The notes under the pieces were generated by a model that had not been told where the DNA came from, did no database searches, and worked only from the letters and a program-made list of their open reading frames with translations. The translations under genes and the position numbers were made by a program. A DNA stretch of 64,000 bases from Carcharhinus longimanus (lineage: Eukaryota), in NCBI GenBank assembly GCA_030264375.1, contig JASCQW010000001.1:59352302-59416301 (forward strand), read 5' to 3'. Of this stretch, positions 23,788 to 38,475 are shown one piece after another. Each line of letters begins with the position of its first letter. Within the stretch, counting starts at the first letter, position 1.

Positions 23788-25390
23788 CATAAACATAGAA
23801 AATAGGAGCTGGATTAGGCTACTGGGCCCTTCAAACCTGCTCTGCTATTTAATATTGTGGCTGATCCTCTATCTCAACATCATTTTCCTGTGTACTCCCA
23901 ATACCCTTCGGCAACTTGAGTCCAGAAACCTAACACCTTTAAAAATATATTCAGTCACTTGGCCTCCACAGCCTCTTGTGGTAGAGAATGCCATAGGTTC
24001 ACCATTCTGAGTGAAGATGTTTCTCCATATCTCAGTCCTAAATGATCTACTCCATATCTTGATGACTCCTTGTCCTGGAACCCCAGCCAAAGGAAACAAC
24101 ATTCCTGCATCCAGTTTGTCCAGCCCTGTCAGAATTTTAGACATTTCAATTAGATCACCTCGCATTCTTCTAAATTCCAGTAAACCAAGGCCCAGTCTAC
24201 CCAATCCCTCTTTGTATAACAATCCTGCCATCCCAGGAATCAGTCTGGTAAACCTTTGTTACATTTCCTCTATGGCAAGTATATCCTTTCTTAAATCAAG
24301 AAGCCTAAACTGCACTCAGGTATGGTCTCATCTGCATACTGCTGCAGTAAGACATCCTTGCTCCTGTACTCAAATCCTCTTGCAATGAAAGCCAACATTG
24401 CATTTGCCCTCCTAACTGTATGCTTGCTTTTCGATTGGAGCACTAGGGCACTTAGGTCCCTTTGTACATTTCCCAATCTGGCAACATTTAAATAACACTG
24501 CCATTCTGTTTTTCTTCCTGAAGTGGATAACTTCACATTTATCCACATTATACTGCAGCTACCACGTATTCACCTACTCACCCAACATGAATAAGTCAAC
24601 TTGACACTTCTTAACATCCTTCCCACCAAGCTTTGTGTCATCAGCAAACTTGGAAATATTACTTTTGGTTCCTTCATCTAAATCACTGATATTTTCTGTG
24701 AACAGCTGGGGTCCAAACACTGATCCCTGCGGGACCCTGCTAATCACTGCCTGTTACTTAAAAAAGACCCAATTATTATTCCTACTTTGTTTTCCCATTT
24801 GCAAACTGTTTCTTAGTCCATGCCAATATATTATCCCCAAACCACATGCTTTGATTTTGTACACTAATCTCTCATGTGGGACTTTATCAAAAGCTTTCAT
24901 AAAATCCAAATACACTACATCACCACTATGCATTCTACTATTCAAACCTCAAAATACATCAGTTAGGGGTGTCAAACATCATTTTCCTTTCACAATCCAT
25001 GGTGATTTTGTCAAATCCCATTGATATTTTCTAAGTGTCCTGTTATCGTATCTTTTGTAATAGATTCTAATATTTTCTCTGCTACTGATGTTAGGTTAAC
25101 CAGTCGCAATTCCCTATTTTCTCTCTCTTTTTAAATAATGGGGTTATGTTTGGCACCGTACAATCTGTGGGGACTGTTCCAGAATTTTGAAACATGAAAC
25201 AAATGCATCCGCTATTTCCATGACCACTCCTTTTGCACCCTGGGATGTAGATTATCAGGCCCTGGATATTTATTGGCTTTCAGTCCCATTAATTTTTCCA
25301 GCACTTTTTTTTAGTAATACTAATTTCCTTCAATTCCTCCTCACTAGACCCTCGATTCCTTAGCATTTCTGAGAAATTGTGTCTTCCTCT
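23788..25390 (-). mobile_element. Degraded CR1 LINE (RT domain to 3' tail)
   Basis: DVVYLDFMKAFDKVPH, KFADD relic, LEFRRMRGDLIE; frameshifted. Confidence 0.92.
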
Positions 25391-25524
25391 GTAGATGTTT
25401 CCTCCAAAAACTGGAACAATTCTACAACAGACAGCTGTCAAATCATTAATGTCCAAGGCCTTTTATCAACAGAACACTGAATGTTTAAAATGTACTAGCC
25501 TTAAATGCAGCTATTTGTGTTTCA

Positions 25525-25822
25525 GTGCAGAGGAGGTTTACTAGGCTGATGCCGGAGTTGAGGGGGTTGAGCTATGAGGAGAGGCTGAATAAATCAGGCT
25601 TGTACTCGTTAGAGTTTAGAAGAATGAGGGGAGATCTCATTGAGACGTATAAGATGATGAATGGGATGGANNNNNNNNNNNNNNNNNNNNNNNNNNNNNN
25701 NNNNNNNNNNNNNNNNNNNNNNNNNNNNNNNNNNNNNNNNNNNNNNNNNNNNNNNNNNNNNNNNNNNNNNCAGGCTCGAAGGGCTAGATGGCCTACTCCT
25801 GCTCCTATTTCTTATGTTCTTA
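25525..25822 (+). mobile_element. Young CR1 LINE 3' end with gap (same subfamily as 18004-18469)
   Basis: QRRFTRLMPELRGLSYEERLNKSGLYSLEFRRMRGDLIETYKMM and identical tail GGCTAGATGGCCTACTCCTGCTCCTATTTCTTATGTTCTTA. Confidence 0.92.
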
Positions 25823-26039
25823 TTCTGGACAGGTGCTTGGCTGCATTTTTGTACCTCATGGAGGATTGTAAGCCAGCTACCAGGGAAGTACACAGGAAAA
25901 CTAATCCAATTCCCCAGCTTCTAAATTGGAGAACTAGGATAGAGTCAATTTAGTAGTGTCTGGATGCCCAAGACTATAGCTAACTAATGAGCACAACCAT
26001 CCACATCACGTGTTGTTCCTTACCTAAACAACAGAGCAG

Positions 26040-29000
26040 TGGTCATTACTACAAATAAAGTAGATTAAAGAAAAACCCATTGTACATACAAGTTCCAACC
26101 ACAGCAATACAGAAAAATAAACATTATACCACAAATTAGACAATGAATATTGCATGTAATGTCTTGATTACTGGTAGCCATATAACAAATGTGTCCATTA
26201 TGGAATCAAAGTGGGTTTGCAAAAGATGAATGGTTTTTGGATACAGCGTTTAACAATATTACAACCATAACACTCAAGCTTTAAAATATGTAAAAACTTA
26301 GCTCTGGCTGTAGAAGAAATAATAGCATTTACCATAAAACTAAGAAAGGTTATCCAGAATTTTAATGAAGCTCTCTACTAGTAAGAGTCTGCCATTGTGT
26401 AATTGTAACAATGAACTTTAACACAATAATTCCTATTCACCCTCTGGAGATCAGGCCAATTTTCCTCCTGTACATCAGATAAACTATAAACAACAACAAA
26501 TATTGGTGCAGTGAATAATGTCCACTATGATGTTTCAGTGTCTCAAATTTTGCCTGGACTTAAATATAATTTAGAATATGACATATCGTATGATACATGA
26601 CATCTTGTGACTTTGGGTAAATTCTGAAATATTAAATAAACCTTCATATGAACTTTGAAGTTAGACTTAATCAAAATAAAGATGAGATTTCCAGAGTTTT
26701 TATTTCTGGAATTGTGTACACCACATATCAAGATACAACATAAGTACAAAATAATGCTGAACAAAACCTTCAGTGTTTATATACAAATATTAAAACCAAA
26801 TGCAACATTAGAGCATTCCCCTTGAATATCTTCAAAACTAAATGCTGTCTTGATTGTCACTAATTAGCCCATATTTTTCCACTGGCAGTTCTATTACTAA
26901 CTCTGAAACAATACAGCAGAAGAGGAGCTGTAGCACCATTTCTTCAGAACAGTATCGCCGGTGTTTTTATCAAAAGCATTTTAATCAGCATGTCTATATT
27001 GATCACCAATACCAAGCTGTTTACATTTTTCACATTGAACAAACTCCCTCTTCTATTCAGATGTCAACTTTTCAGATTTCTGTTACAATTGCAATTGTAG
27101 CTCAAGTGTTAACTAGTCGCTAATTTACTTTCAATAAGCAATTTCAATTCACACTGTAGACTTTGGTTAAAAATAAATATCACTAAGCTTGACAACTGAA
27201 TTTTCTTTTGCAGTACAGTTGTTTATCCTCAGCCAATAAGGACAATTGCACAATTTTAAATGACCTAATTGTATGCATTTTGATATTCTTAAACCAACAA
27301 CCATGTACAACCTTCAAGTAAGTGGAGCAATTGATAATAGGAAACTAATAATTTAGTGAGAAAAACATAATTTCTGTTTGGGCAAAATATTGCTATATTC
27401 TTTACAGCACCTGTTACACTTCCAAATGAATTAGTATATGAACTGACTTCTCAACATGGAAATGGAAAACAATCATCTTTGGCCAGCATTTTAGACAAAG
27501 CTCAACAATAAACAGCAAAACCATCTAAATCCCAGCAGTTTAAATGTTGAGATTCTCATTTAGAAAGAACAAACAAAGCAACGTTTCATGGCACTTTCAA
27601 ATGAAAATTTGGGAAATAAGTCTTCTATATGCAGAAATTGTACATAATTACATTCTCGCAAATTATTGCCCTCTTTAATTTGAACATGAAAAGGAAACTT
27701 ACAAATTTCTAAAATAGCAGTTCCCAGCAAGTATTTGGTTTTAGTTTTGGTAAGTTATCAGTATCATACACATCGCATTGATCTTAGTTTATCATATATG
27801 CCAATGAGCATTTTGCTTCACACACCAAACACAACTCAGAAAATAAATTTTAAAAATTAAGTTAATAGCAAGTAGCTGATACTAAATCTAATTAAACGAT
27901 TAAAAAACCTAGTTTAAATTTCAGTCTATTTGGCAAAAACACCAAATAAAATGAGTTTAAACAAACTGCATTATTCAGTCGGAAGAGTTAATCAATGCAA
28001 TTGGCAAGAGAATACATACCCAATAAGGATTTGTGGCTCTTTATTTTTTAAAAAATCACAAGCAAATCAGTTCTACGAAATTTTAAATTAAACCCTGTAA
28101 TAAAATCACACACTTCTGTTTACCAAGGGAACTTACAAAGTCTGAATGCATAGTTAAATTCTGTATTTATAATGCACTAGGAATGGTTTTCAAAATTTCA
28201 GAAAGTGCAACTGATGTGAGTGATCAGTCATAAATCTGTGTGAACATTACTACAGACTAGCCTTTGCAAATCCACAGTCACACTCAAATATATAAATGAA
28301 GGGATATGTATAGCATTTCCACAAATACATGACTAGTTCAATTAACATTAAGAAAAAAACCACAAAAGACAAATGCATAGATCAGCACATAAACACAGCT
28401 ACAAGAAGCTGATGACTTGGATTACAACTTCACGCAATACTGGCAAGAGCCAAGGCTACCCGTTACTTCTGTGTCTTGTACCTTTATGCCACTCTGTACT
28501 GTCTCAGAACCTAAAGCTTTGTCTATCATACAAGATTCCTGTATAAAAACTGAAAAACCATTAGATTATGGCTGTACAGTTATACTCATCTACATAGAAA
28601 ATCAACCTGTCTCTCAAACCACAGTACCCACTCTTGCACATTTAAAATGCCAACTAGGCCAACCTTTGTTGATAATTCTGTACAAATTTTTTTTTTTTTT
28701 TAGGAGATTGCAAAGAATATGGAGTGAAGGAAGAAATATTCTTTTCGGACAGGATATAAATATTTACAATAAATGAAAGCAGTTCATCATATTGTGTATC
28801 CCAATTACTTGACTTCCTTAACACTTTCACACCATATACACAATCAGTAAAATTCTTCTCAAGTACAATACAGTAAAACCCTGGATTTTTAAACATAAAA
28901 AATAAATGTAAAAGTAGCGATCCAACAGGAATTAACACCTTGATATATTAATAGCTGCATTTTTACAGTTCATATTACAAGATCTGTAGATCAAATTTTA

Positions 29001-30417
29001 AACATTAATGGCCTACAATTAAATTAGAAACTCTAGGAAGAAAAGCTATATGGATAATCAAAAAGTTACACTATGAAACATGACATTGCATGTATTGTAA
29101 ATATGTAAAATATACTTGCATGTTTTAGGCTAAGCTTTTCCTACTTCTAATAAGGTAGAGACTTGCCAAGGTACCTCAATCAGTAGCTGACAATTTTCAG
29201 CAACAATTTACACAAAGTACCACCTATTTTATCTCTGTTGATTTGTAAATATGGATATCACGTATTCCTGATCAGAAATGATTATTTAAATTCAATATTG
29301 GAATACTTGCACTTTGCTTCAGTCTAACAAGTGTGTTATTTCAAAACCTTTATCTTCAGAGTCACATTTACAACAGACTATAAAACTGGAATGCATTACG
29401 AAGGAGTTAGCTTCAACCTGGTTCATCAAGGTTTCACTGTATTATATACTGTAATATACAGGCACATTATTTTATACAAAACACAATGAACTGCTGCAGG
29501 AAATTTGGCTAGGCTGTCAAATTAGAATTGTGTTTAAAAGTGGCAAGTCCCAAGCTGTGTCAAAACAGTTTCAGCTGCCCCAGGAAATCTCATAAGATAT
29601 ACAATGCAGTTTGAGATACACTATAATACAATCTTTAAAGTCTTTAAAAAAAATAAACATCAATATACAATTATCACAAAATTCAATATTTAATCTAATC
29701 AATAAAAGCTTGAAGAGTTTTTAAGCACACAGAAATCTGGCAGTAGTTGCAACCCGTTTACAGATGGCAGCCATGCCCAACTCTTGCTAGACGAATGCAT
29801 GTCTGTAGGCTTCCTCCCGCTGTACTTCATCCAGCAATTTTCTTCTAAAGGATGCACCCACGGCACTGTAAACTGAAGTGCTCTGCTTTAAGTCAATGGA
29901 TGAGAGAAGGCTCTGTTCATGCAGGTCTTTGCACTGATATGCACAGTTCACTTCTAAAAATGCTACATTAGCCAGGGACAAGGCTAGGTACCTGTAAACA
30001 TTAGTATTCCTCTGTACCCACTTCTGTGACAGTGGTGTGGACTCATGGAAGCCATTTCTGTTGGTTCAGATTCTCAATGTCGATGTCAGGAGGTGAAATG
30101 GTTCCTTTGTCTACTGGCTACAAAGGAGATGCAATGGCTTGAGAGTTCAAGACTGCATCATAAAGTTCAAATTTAAGTCCCCCACCTTTGCTGTGTGAAC
30201 ATAATCTCTGAAATTTCTATGTTATTAGGGACTGAAAATAAATGGCTATTTAACTCTTGAGAAATCAAGATTAGGTTCTATAAGTAAAAAGACATCACTG
30301 ATGTCATAGTAAAAAAAATTCAAACTTCCAGTGAATGACTGAACAAACTTGATGGCTCACCCACCAAGTCCACTGTTACTGCATACCACCATTCCATAAG
30401 AATTTTCAATGCAGGAG
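26040..30417 (-). other. MIER3: Putative long MIER3 3'UTR (distal end uncertain)
   Basis: About 4.4 kb of AT-rich sequence downstream of the stop with no recognisable SINE/LINE, unlike the flanks. Minus-strand AATAAA (TTTATT on +) at about 28040 and 26699. Confidence 0.55.
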
Positions 30418-30878
30418 TCACTCTGATTGGAGAGCTGTGTGCTGGTGTAGTGCATGGGGATTGATGAAGCCATTTGCTTCACTACCAGACAAGCTGCTAA
30501 AATCTGCAACTGAAACAGACATTTTGGCACTAGTGATGTGATGTGTGCGATTTTCGAACTCCACACCCAGGTTATTTACAGAAACGTCATTGATAAAAGA
30601 TTCTTGAACAGCAATCCCCATTTTCAATCTCTTTGCAGGCCTTTCAGATTCATCGTTGCACATACTTATCTGGTTTAAATCAGAATGGTAGAATCCAGTC
30701 TCAAATAAATTTAGACAGTCTGTGTCACCATTTGTAGGCAAACCAAGTGATTCTTCTATTAAAACAGGCACGTGGGTAGTTGGTCCCTTTGAGTGTAAGC
30801 TCTCTAATGGAGGAAAATTATAGGAATCCAAACAGTTTACATCTGCTACGTTGCATGTTGTACCAACGCTGGTTAGTG
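30418..30878 (-). CDS. MIER3: MIER3 coding exon 13, terminal ([10 protein letters not shown]...[10 protein letters not shown]...[12 protein letters not shown])
   Basis: Long polypyrimidine tract then tag| acceptor; MIER3-specific C-terminus [12 protein letters not shown]-like RPAKRLK; TGA at 30420-30418. Exons 2-13 total 1638 nt. Confidence 0.97.
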
Positions 30879-31929
30879 CTAAAAAAAAGAAAGGAAAAAA
30901 TTACTATCTTTGAACTTCACAGATGTTATCTAAAGTGCCAAATGCAGCCGAAAAACTTGTAACCAAAAGTTGTATTGTCAAAAGAACTAGACTTTAAAAT
31001 GATTTAAAGAGTAGCCAAGTTAAATATAAAACAACTTGGCAATTCAAGTACTGAAGTGTATTACTGCTAAACAATTTGGAGTACAAACACACACAACTGA
31101 TTCTGAACTGCCTGCCATAACAGAAAGGCCACTTTTATTCTTTTCAACACAGAAGTTAAATACATTAAGGATTCAGCTTCAGCACACCCTACTGGCATGG
31201 TTTTATATACTATTTCTTTTTAACTAAAATATCCTTTTACAAAAGCATACATTTTAGACATAAACATCACAGGAATGCCATTAATTTTTATTTGCCAGTT
31301 ATCTTACCAACTGGACAGTATCACATATGGCTGACTAAACTCAATCATCAAAACATGGATAAGTATGACAGAAAAAAAACAAAGCAGCAGAAATAAGCTC
31401 AGGTTACATCTGTGAGAAGGTAAGCTGTACATTGTAGATTCTGGTCAGTTTTACAAATAATTGCGCTGGTAAATTTATTTTTTTTTTAGCATGATTTTAA
31501 TTTTAAACTTAATCACCATGCCCCTTTCCAGAATCAGTTTGGCTTTACCCTTCTATCCCCAATCAGGTGGGTTTGCAAACTCTCTGCTTCTTCCTTAAGC
31601 AGAGGGCCAAACAATCCCCATCCACTCACCCTCCTCCACCAGGCTGAACGTGTACTGTCATTAAGTAATTGCCCTTTAACTTGTCTCACTTCCTGCAAGA
31701 GGGCTGGCTATGGATACCCACAAAGGCCCCAGTTATGCCAATGGAACACTTGTGGTTCCAGTCCCACTCAGGCCCACTCTCAACTCTTTCTCCTTTACAT
31801 CGATGCTGCTTCATGCTCACTTCTGGACCTGGAAAAATGTATCACTTTTGCTTCCAATTTCCACCATGCTCTCACCTTCATGTGACCTATCTCAGATACT
31901 TTCCTCTGTCTCCATTTCTGGCAATATTT

Positions 31930-32490
31930 GTAAAATATTGATTAGACCTCAACTAGGTACGAGACAATGGTTCTGCCTTAACTTGAGTAAAGAGTTCAGT
32001 TTTGGGTACCCCAATTTAAATAGGCAGAGTGCAAATAAGATTCAAAAGAATGGATCCAGGAATGAAGAACTTCAGCACAATAAATAAATTGGAGAGGCTG
32101 GAGCTATTTTCCTTGTAGAAGAGAAGGTTGAGAGTAGATTTGATAGAGATATTCAAAATCAAGAGGAGCCTGGACTGAGAAGATAGAGAAAAACTGTTCC
32201 AACTGGCAGAAGCATTGAGAACAAGAGGACAAGAAATTTAAGGTAATTGGTAACAAAACCAATGGAGAAACTTTCACATAGCACGTGAATAGGATCTAAG
32301 AAGCCACTGCCTGAAAGTGTTGGAGGCAGATTCAATCAAGGCACTCAAGAGGTGGTTTGTCTGAAAGTGAGTAATGTGCAGGATTGTAGAAAGGAGGCAG
32401 GGGAATTGCATTAGGCGAATTGCTCGTTCAAAAGAGTTGCCACAAATATGATGGGCTACATGATCTTCTGTGCTGTAATAATTCTGTGAT
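31930..32490 (+). mobile_element. Degraded CR1 LINE 3' fragment
   Basis: IRPQL relic, TTGGAGAGGCTGGAGCTATTTTCCTTG, ATTCTGTGATT tail. Confidence 0.75.
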
Positions 32491-33971
32491 TAATGTTCTA
32501 ATTCCAGGGAAATTAAGCCTGACCTATGCAATCTTTCCTCATAAACTAATCTTCGGAATCCTAGTAACATTCTGATGAATCTATGCTGCACTATTTCCAT
32601 AGTTAATATTACCCAGGTACAATATCCAGGACCATACACGTAGCCCATGTGTGGTCTAACCAGGGCTTTAAACAGCTACAACAAAATTTACTACAAAATA
32701 TACGTCACCTTTTTCGTTTTTGGCCAACAGTTCATTACTCAGTTTTGTACCCGACTGCTAGATTTTACAGTACTTTACAAAAATTTAATGTATTCATAAA
32801 TCAGTCAAATCACTGTGGGACACCAATGATTGTCATGAACACGTACATTTTCAATGAGCTTAGGAAATGAATTACCAATAAAAGGATTGGATAATGTGCT
32901 CTTCTTCCACCACTGGTTGACAGTGATTCATGACAGGAAATTCACAGATTTGTGGATTTTTAACCAGGGTTGTGCTTTCAGTCATTTTCTGTGAAAGCTG
33001 CAAACTAGTACAAGATTTCGTTCTCAAGGTTGCACTACCTCAATGTTGCTATCTAAAGTTGTTCTCTTGTTCCATCCATTAAAAAAAACACAAAATTACA
33101 ATTTTTACAAATGTTCTGGAGCTGTAAAAATGGATTTCTGGATTATTTGTTCAGAATATAATACTGGATAAACTACTGGACCTAAAATAACTAAAGTTAT
33201 TAAAGTAAACAAACAATTCTACAAATAAATGAAGCTCTGAAAGGTCCTTTAGATTTATTTTGTGCTACTAATTTATCTAGAGTGAATATAAAAATTGTCC
33301 ATTCGTTTGGGTTTCAAGTCTAAAAAGGTCTCTTCAGCATCACATTTTAGTTCCAATGGACCCACTCCTCCATCATATGCACATAGAAGTGTACAGGGAT
33401 ACATAATAAGTAGCATTAGAACTCAACATTTCAATTTTCTACAAGTATATTTTGATTTCTGTAAACCTAATTCATGTTGGTAACCAATCAAGTACATTAA
33501 GAAAAAGGCTGCCATTCACAAAGTTAAGACACTGGTCAGCTTATTCAACAGAAATGAGTGATAAAATCATGAAACTTTTGATCTGGTAGCCATGTATAGG
33601 AGTGTCCTAGCCATGCCAAGGCCACATGTAACTTCAGAGTTCTGTAAATCCATTCAAGAAAGCCCCCAAAGGCAATCTTAGTCCTATTGGGTACACTGGT
33701 TTCTTATTTTGCGAACCTGAGGGACTGGACTGGATTACCATTTTACAAGTGGATAAATTCTTCATAACACCTAGATTCTTTCAATACCATCAAACTGGGG
33801 TGCATGCAAAATTAGTAGAATGTCAGTGTCCACAAAGACAAAACTTGAACATCAGGGAGAGCAGGTGTTCTCCCCTTACATGATCATAAAAACTCAAATT
33901 CACAATTTGAAGTGTTTGAATCTTCAGATTACATTTTTTGCTTGAAAACATTAAATGTGTATAGTTCTTAC

Positions 33972-34114
33972 CAGAAAACTCATGTCCAGAGCTCATTAGG
34001 CTGTGATCAGAAATTGTTTCCGGTCTGCTGACAGAAGAACACATAGACGGAGAATGTACCGATCGACTTAACATTCCCATCTCTGCCTCATCTACCAGAC
34101 GGTCCATGTAATCC
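33972..34114 (-). CDS. MIER3: MIER3 coding exon 12 (DYMDRLVDEAEMGMLSRSVH...GHEFS)
   Basis: tttcag| acceptor, G|gtaaga donor; 143 nt; DYMDRLVDE motif. Confidence 0.95.
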
Positions 34115-34449
34115 CTGAAAAAGATACCTTAAAAATAAACTTTTGCACAAGGTATTAAAATTTAAAGCATATTGAAATAAACTTGATAATTCCAGATAAG
34201 AAGGACTCTACCTAACTGCAATACCGTGTTTAAAACTGCACTGTGATGCAAAGTACCATCCAAAGAAAAAGCTTTCTCCTTGTGTTACATCAAGTCCATC
34301 CATTCAAGAATCAATGAAAAATTATTTAAGTATGTTGTCAATGACTTTTTTCACAAATTATGGGGAGAGAGCAAATACGCATGACATCAAGGCAACATTT
34401 GACTGAGTTTGGTTTCAAGAAGTCTAAGCAAAATTGAGGTTCTTGCAAT

Positions 34450-35243
34450 TGGAGTGGGGAGAATACTCCCATTGTTGGAGACATAACCAGCATAAAGGAA
34501 GACGGTTTCAGTTGTTGGGAGGTCAATTATCTCAGTCTCAGGATATCACTACAGGAGTTCCTCACAATAGTGTCTTATGTACAACCATCTTCTACTTCAT
34601 CAATGACCTTTCCTCCATCATAATGTCAGAATTGGAGATGTTTGTGATGGTTGAATGTTTAGAGCCACTTGTGACTCCTTGGTTATGAAAGTAGCCCATA
34701 CCCTCATGCAGAAAGATCTGGACAATGTTCATGGTTGGACTTATAAATTGCAAGTAAGGTTCACCAGACCATGACATCTCCATAAGGTAGAATATAAAAT
34801 CTGTTCAGTGGCTGCACCATTGCAGAAACTCCCACCATTGTCCTGAACCAGAAACTTAACAGGATCATCCATATAAATATGGTAGCTACAAGAACCAGTC
34901 AGAAGCTGGAAAATAAGGGGCAAGTAACACACCTACTGACCAAAGTCTGTCCACTATCTCCACAGCACAAGTCAGGAGTGTGATGGAAAACTCAACACTT
35001 GCCTGAATGAGGGCAGTAGATGCATAGGAACACTATCCTGACTTGGAATTATATTGTATTTTATCACGGTCACTGGTTCAAAAACCTGTAATTCCCTTCC
35101 TAACGGCATTATGTATGCTTATACCACATGGACTTCAGGGGTTCAAGGCGGCAGCTCATCACCATCTTCTTGAGGGCAATTAGAGATAGACAACAAATGT
35201 TGGCCATGTCAGTGACACTCATATTCCATGTAATGAAAAAAAA
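34450..35243 (+). mobile_element. CR1/L2-group LINE, RT to 3' end (distinct family)
   Basis: GVPHNSVLCTTIFYFINDL (GVPQGSVLGP relic); tail GGGCAATTAG...AAATGTTGGCC + A-run. Confidence 0.8.
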
Positions 35244-35369
35244 TGATTACTGCAGATCTAGGTAAACTCATGGTGTAGGACACCACCAAGCCTGAAAGGA
35301 GCAAGAGGACAAGGTAAGTCAAGCAGCAACTTCCAAAAGTGTGAATCAATAACTGACATACCATTTTAA

Positions 35370-36990
35370 GGAACATAATCATTTGATCCCACGAGCCCAG
35401 TCTGCCACTCAACTAGATCATGGTCAATCTGCTTCAATGTAATTTTCCCGCACCATCCAAAATCTCAATATCTTTAATATCTAGGAGTCTATTGGTCTCT
35501 GTTTTGAACATATGATTAAGCCTTCACAGCCCTCTGAGGTTGAGAATTTCAAAGGTTCACCACCATCTCATGAAGAAATTCCTCCTCATTTCAGTCCTAA
35601 ATGGCCTGGCCCATATTTTGTGACAGTGACCCCTGGTTCTAGGAACACTATTCCTGTTTGAGATCATCTCTCATTCTTCTAAAAACTAGAGAGTATAGGC
35701 CCAGTCTTCTTGATCTCTCCTCAAAGCGAGGAATCAGTTTGGTGGACCTTTGTTGCCCTCTCCCTATGGCAAGCATATCCAGTCATGAATAAGGAGACCA
35801 AAACTGTGCACAATGCTCCAGATGCAGTCTCACCTGGTTCTATACTAATACAGCATGACTTCTTACTCCTGTACTCAAATCCTCTTGCGATCAAGGCCAA
35901 CATACCTTTTCTCTCCTAATTGCTTGTTCTATCTGCACATTAGCGTTCCGTGATTTATGAACAAGGATACCCAAGTCCCCTTGAACATCAATACTTCCCA
36001 AGTTCCCAGCATTTAAGACACACTCTGCATTTCGGTTCTTCCTACCAAAGTGGATAACTTCATATTTTCCCATATTATATTCCATTTGCCCTGTTTTTGC
36101 CCGCTCACTTAGCTTAAGTCGAAATGCCCTGAAGCCTGTTTGTATCCCTCCCACTGCCCACATACCTACCTAGTTTTGTGTAATCAGCAAACTATGAAAT
36201 ATTACATTTGNNNNNNNNNNNNNNNNNNNNNNNNNNNNNNNNNNNNNNNNNNNNNNNNNNNNNNNNNNNNNNNNNNNNNNNNNNNNNNNNNNNNNNNNNN
36301 NNNNNNNNNNAAATATTACATTTGGCTCCCACATCTAAGTCATTGTTGTAGATTGTGAATAGCTGAGACTCAAGCACTGATCCCTGTGGTACCCCACTAC
36401 TCTCAGTCTGCCAGCCTGAGAAGACTCATTTTCCTTCTATTTCCTTCTGTTAGCCAACCTCCAATCCATGCCAGTATACAAGCCCCAATTCCATGTGCTC
36501 TTATTTTGCTTATTGGCCTCTTGCGTGGGACCTCATCAAAAGTCTCCTGAAAATCCAAATCACCACATCCATGGTGATCCCTTATCTATCCTGCTGGTTA
36601 TATCATAAAACTCTTAACAGGTTTATCTAACATGATCTTCCTTTTCTGTACTGAATCCTACATTATTTTTAAATGCTCAGTACAGTTTTGGTCTTCCTGA
36701 GGCAGGAAAGACATTGATAAACTGAAAGAATGCAAAGAAAATGTAAGATGTTGTTATTAGGACTAGTGGGTCTGAATTATAGGGAGAGATTGACCAGGAG
36801 AATGAGGAGTGATCTTATAAAATCATGAGAGGGATAGATAGGATCAATGCAGAGAGTCTTTTCCCCTATTTCTGCGCTATATTTATTGCTGTATGACATT
36901 CTTTTTAAGAGTTTAACATTTTCTCTACTACTGATGTCAGGTTAACAAGTCTGTAGTTCCCTGTTTTCCCTTTCTCATTTCTTAAATATA
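35370..36990 (-). mobile_element. Degraded CR1 LINE with gap and a nested opposite-strand fragment
   Basis: LFTIYNNDLD, QMEYNMGKYEVIHFG and IARGFEYRSK peptides. Confidence 0.85.
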
Positions 36991-37226
36991 TTCTTCAGTG
37001 CAGAACTGAGTGCTGCATTGTCCTCAGATTAAACCTATGGCATAAATAAAAACAGAAAGTGGTAGAAAATCTCAACAGGTCTGGTAGTGGTTCTGGAGAA
37101 GAATCATACTGGACTCGAAACGTCAACTCTATTTTTTTGTACAAATGTTTCTATTCCTGCTAAGTTTATTCAGCATTTTATGTTTTTATATCTACTTATA
37201 ATAGTCTTGCTACTGTTATCGACTTA

Positions 37227-37355
<129 letters not shown>

Positions 37356-38059
37356 CTATAGAAACAACGAAAAAAAGCCTTTCAGAACAAGATACTCCAA
37401 ATTAATCTACATAAACAAAAAAATCTATTAGTTGATAAAATATTCTGAATTTAGAAGTTTTTCAATTATCAAATACCTTACCAAAGCTTCTTTAATGTGG
37501 GCAAGAACAACCTATATCAGATCCCTTCACTTGGATGTAATTGTGTCTGTGTCAGACATGGCTCAGATGGCAACATTCTTCTTGCCTTTCAGGCAGAAGA
37601 TCATGGGTTCAAATTCCACTTCACTTCTTGAGCACAGTGCTAAACTCCAGTGCAGTGCAGTGCAAGGGAGTGCAACTCTATTGGAGATGCTGTCTTGTGG
37701 ATGACATATTAAAGCTATGTTTGGGACATACTTTGGTGTGGGTTGCTATGGTCAGCTGGCTGTAGAATACCACTGTCGCTATGTGGGAATCTTTTATGTA
37801 AATAAAATGGCTGATCCAATGAAACACAGCACTGACAAGCATGCACTTGAAACCAGGTGTGTTGCAAGAACTTTAAAGATAGGGATTTAGTTCTGATGTT
37901 ACAGATGGATCTTAAGCAGCAAAGGTAGAATGTATTTGGTTGTTTTATGTGAGACTGGTAAGGTAGTTCATGCCTCACAGTCACAAAGAATTGAAAGGAA
38001 TGATGTCAGAACCAGTGCCTGATACACTTGGACTGTTGTTTTGAGCCAACTTCACACTC

Positions 38060-38475
38060 TCCCCAAAGTCCACACTTTGGACTGTGGGAGAAAACTGGGC
38101 CACCCTGAGGAAATCCATGCAGACACGGGGAGAAAGTGCAAACTCCACACAAGCAGTGACCTGAGGCTGGAACTGAACTTGGGTCCCTGGTGCTTTGTGA
38201 CAGCAGTGGTAACCACTGTGCCGCCCTATAGAATTCCTACAGTGCAGAAGGAGGCCATCCACCCATTGAGGTTGCACCACCAACAATCCCACGCAGGTCC
38301 TTTCCCCATAACCCTACATATTCGTTACGGCCTATGCACTTAACTAGCAGGTCGTTCAGATTGCGGGAAGAAACCGGAGCACTGGAGGATATCCCTGCAG
38401 ACATGGGGAGAATGTGCAGGCTGTGCAAAGACAGTGACCAAAGACTGGAATCGAACCTAGGTCCCTTGCGCTGTA
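38060..38475 (-). mobile_element. Two adjacent V-SINE copies
   Basis: Reverse V-cores (GAGGAAATCCATGCAGACACGGGGAGAAAGTGCAAACTCCACAC) at about 38105-38150 and 38375-38430; tRNA head ends near 38226. Confidence 0.85.

Noticed and set aside
30406-30420. Stop-codon readthrough at MIER3 TGA-C
   Set aside because: Context is TGA CTC, not TGA CTAG, and another TGA follows after three codons.
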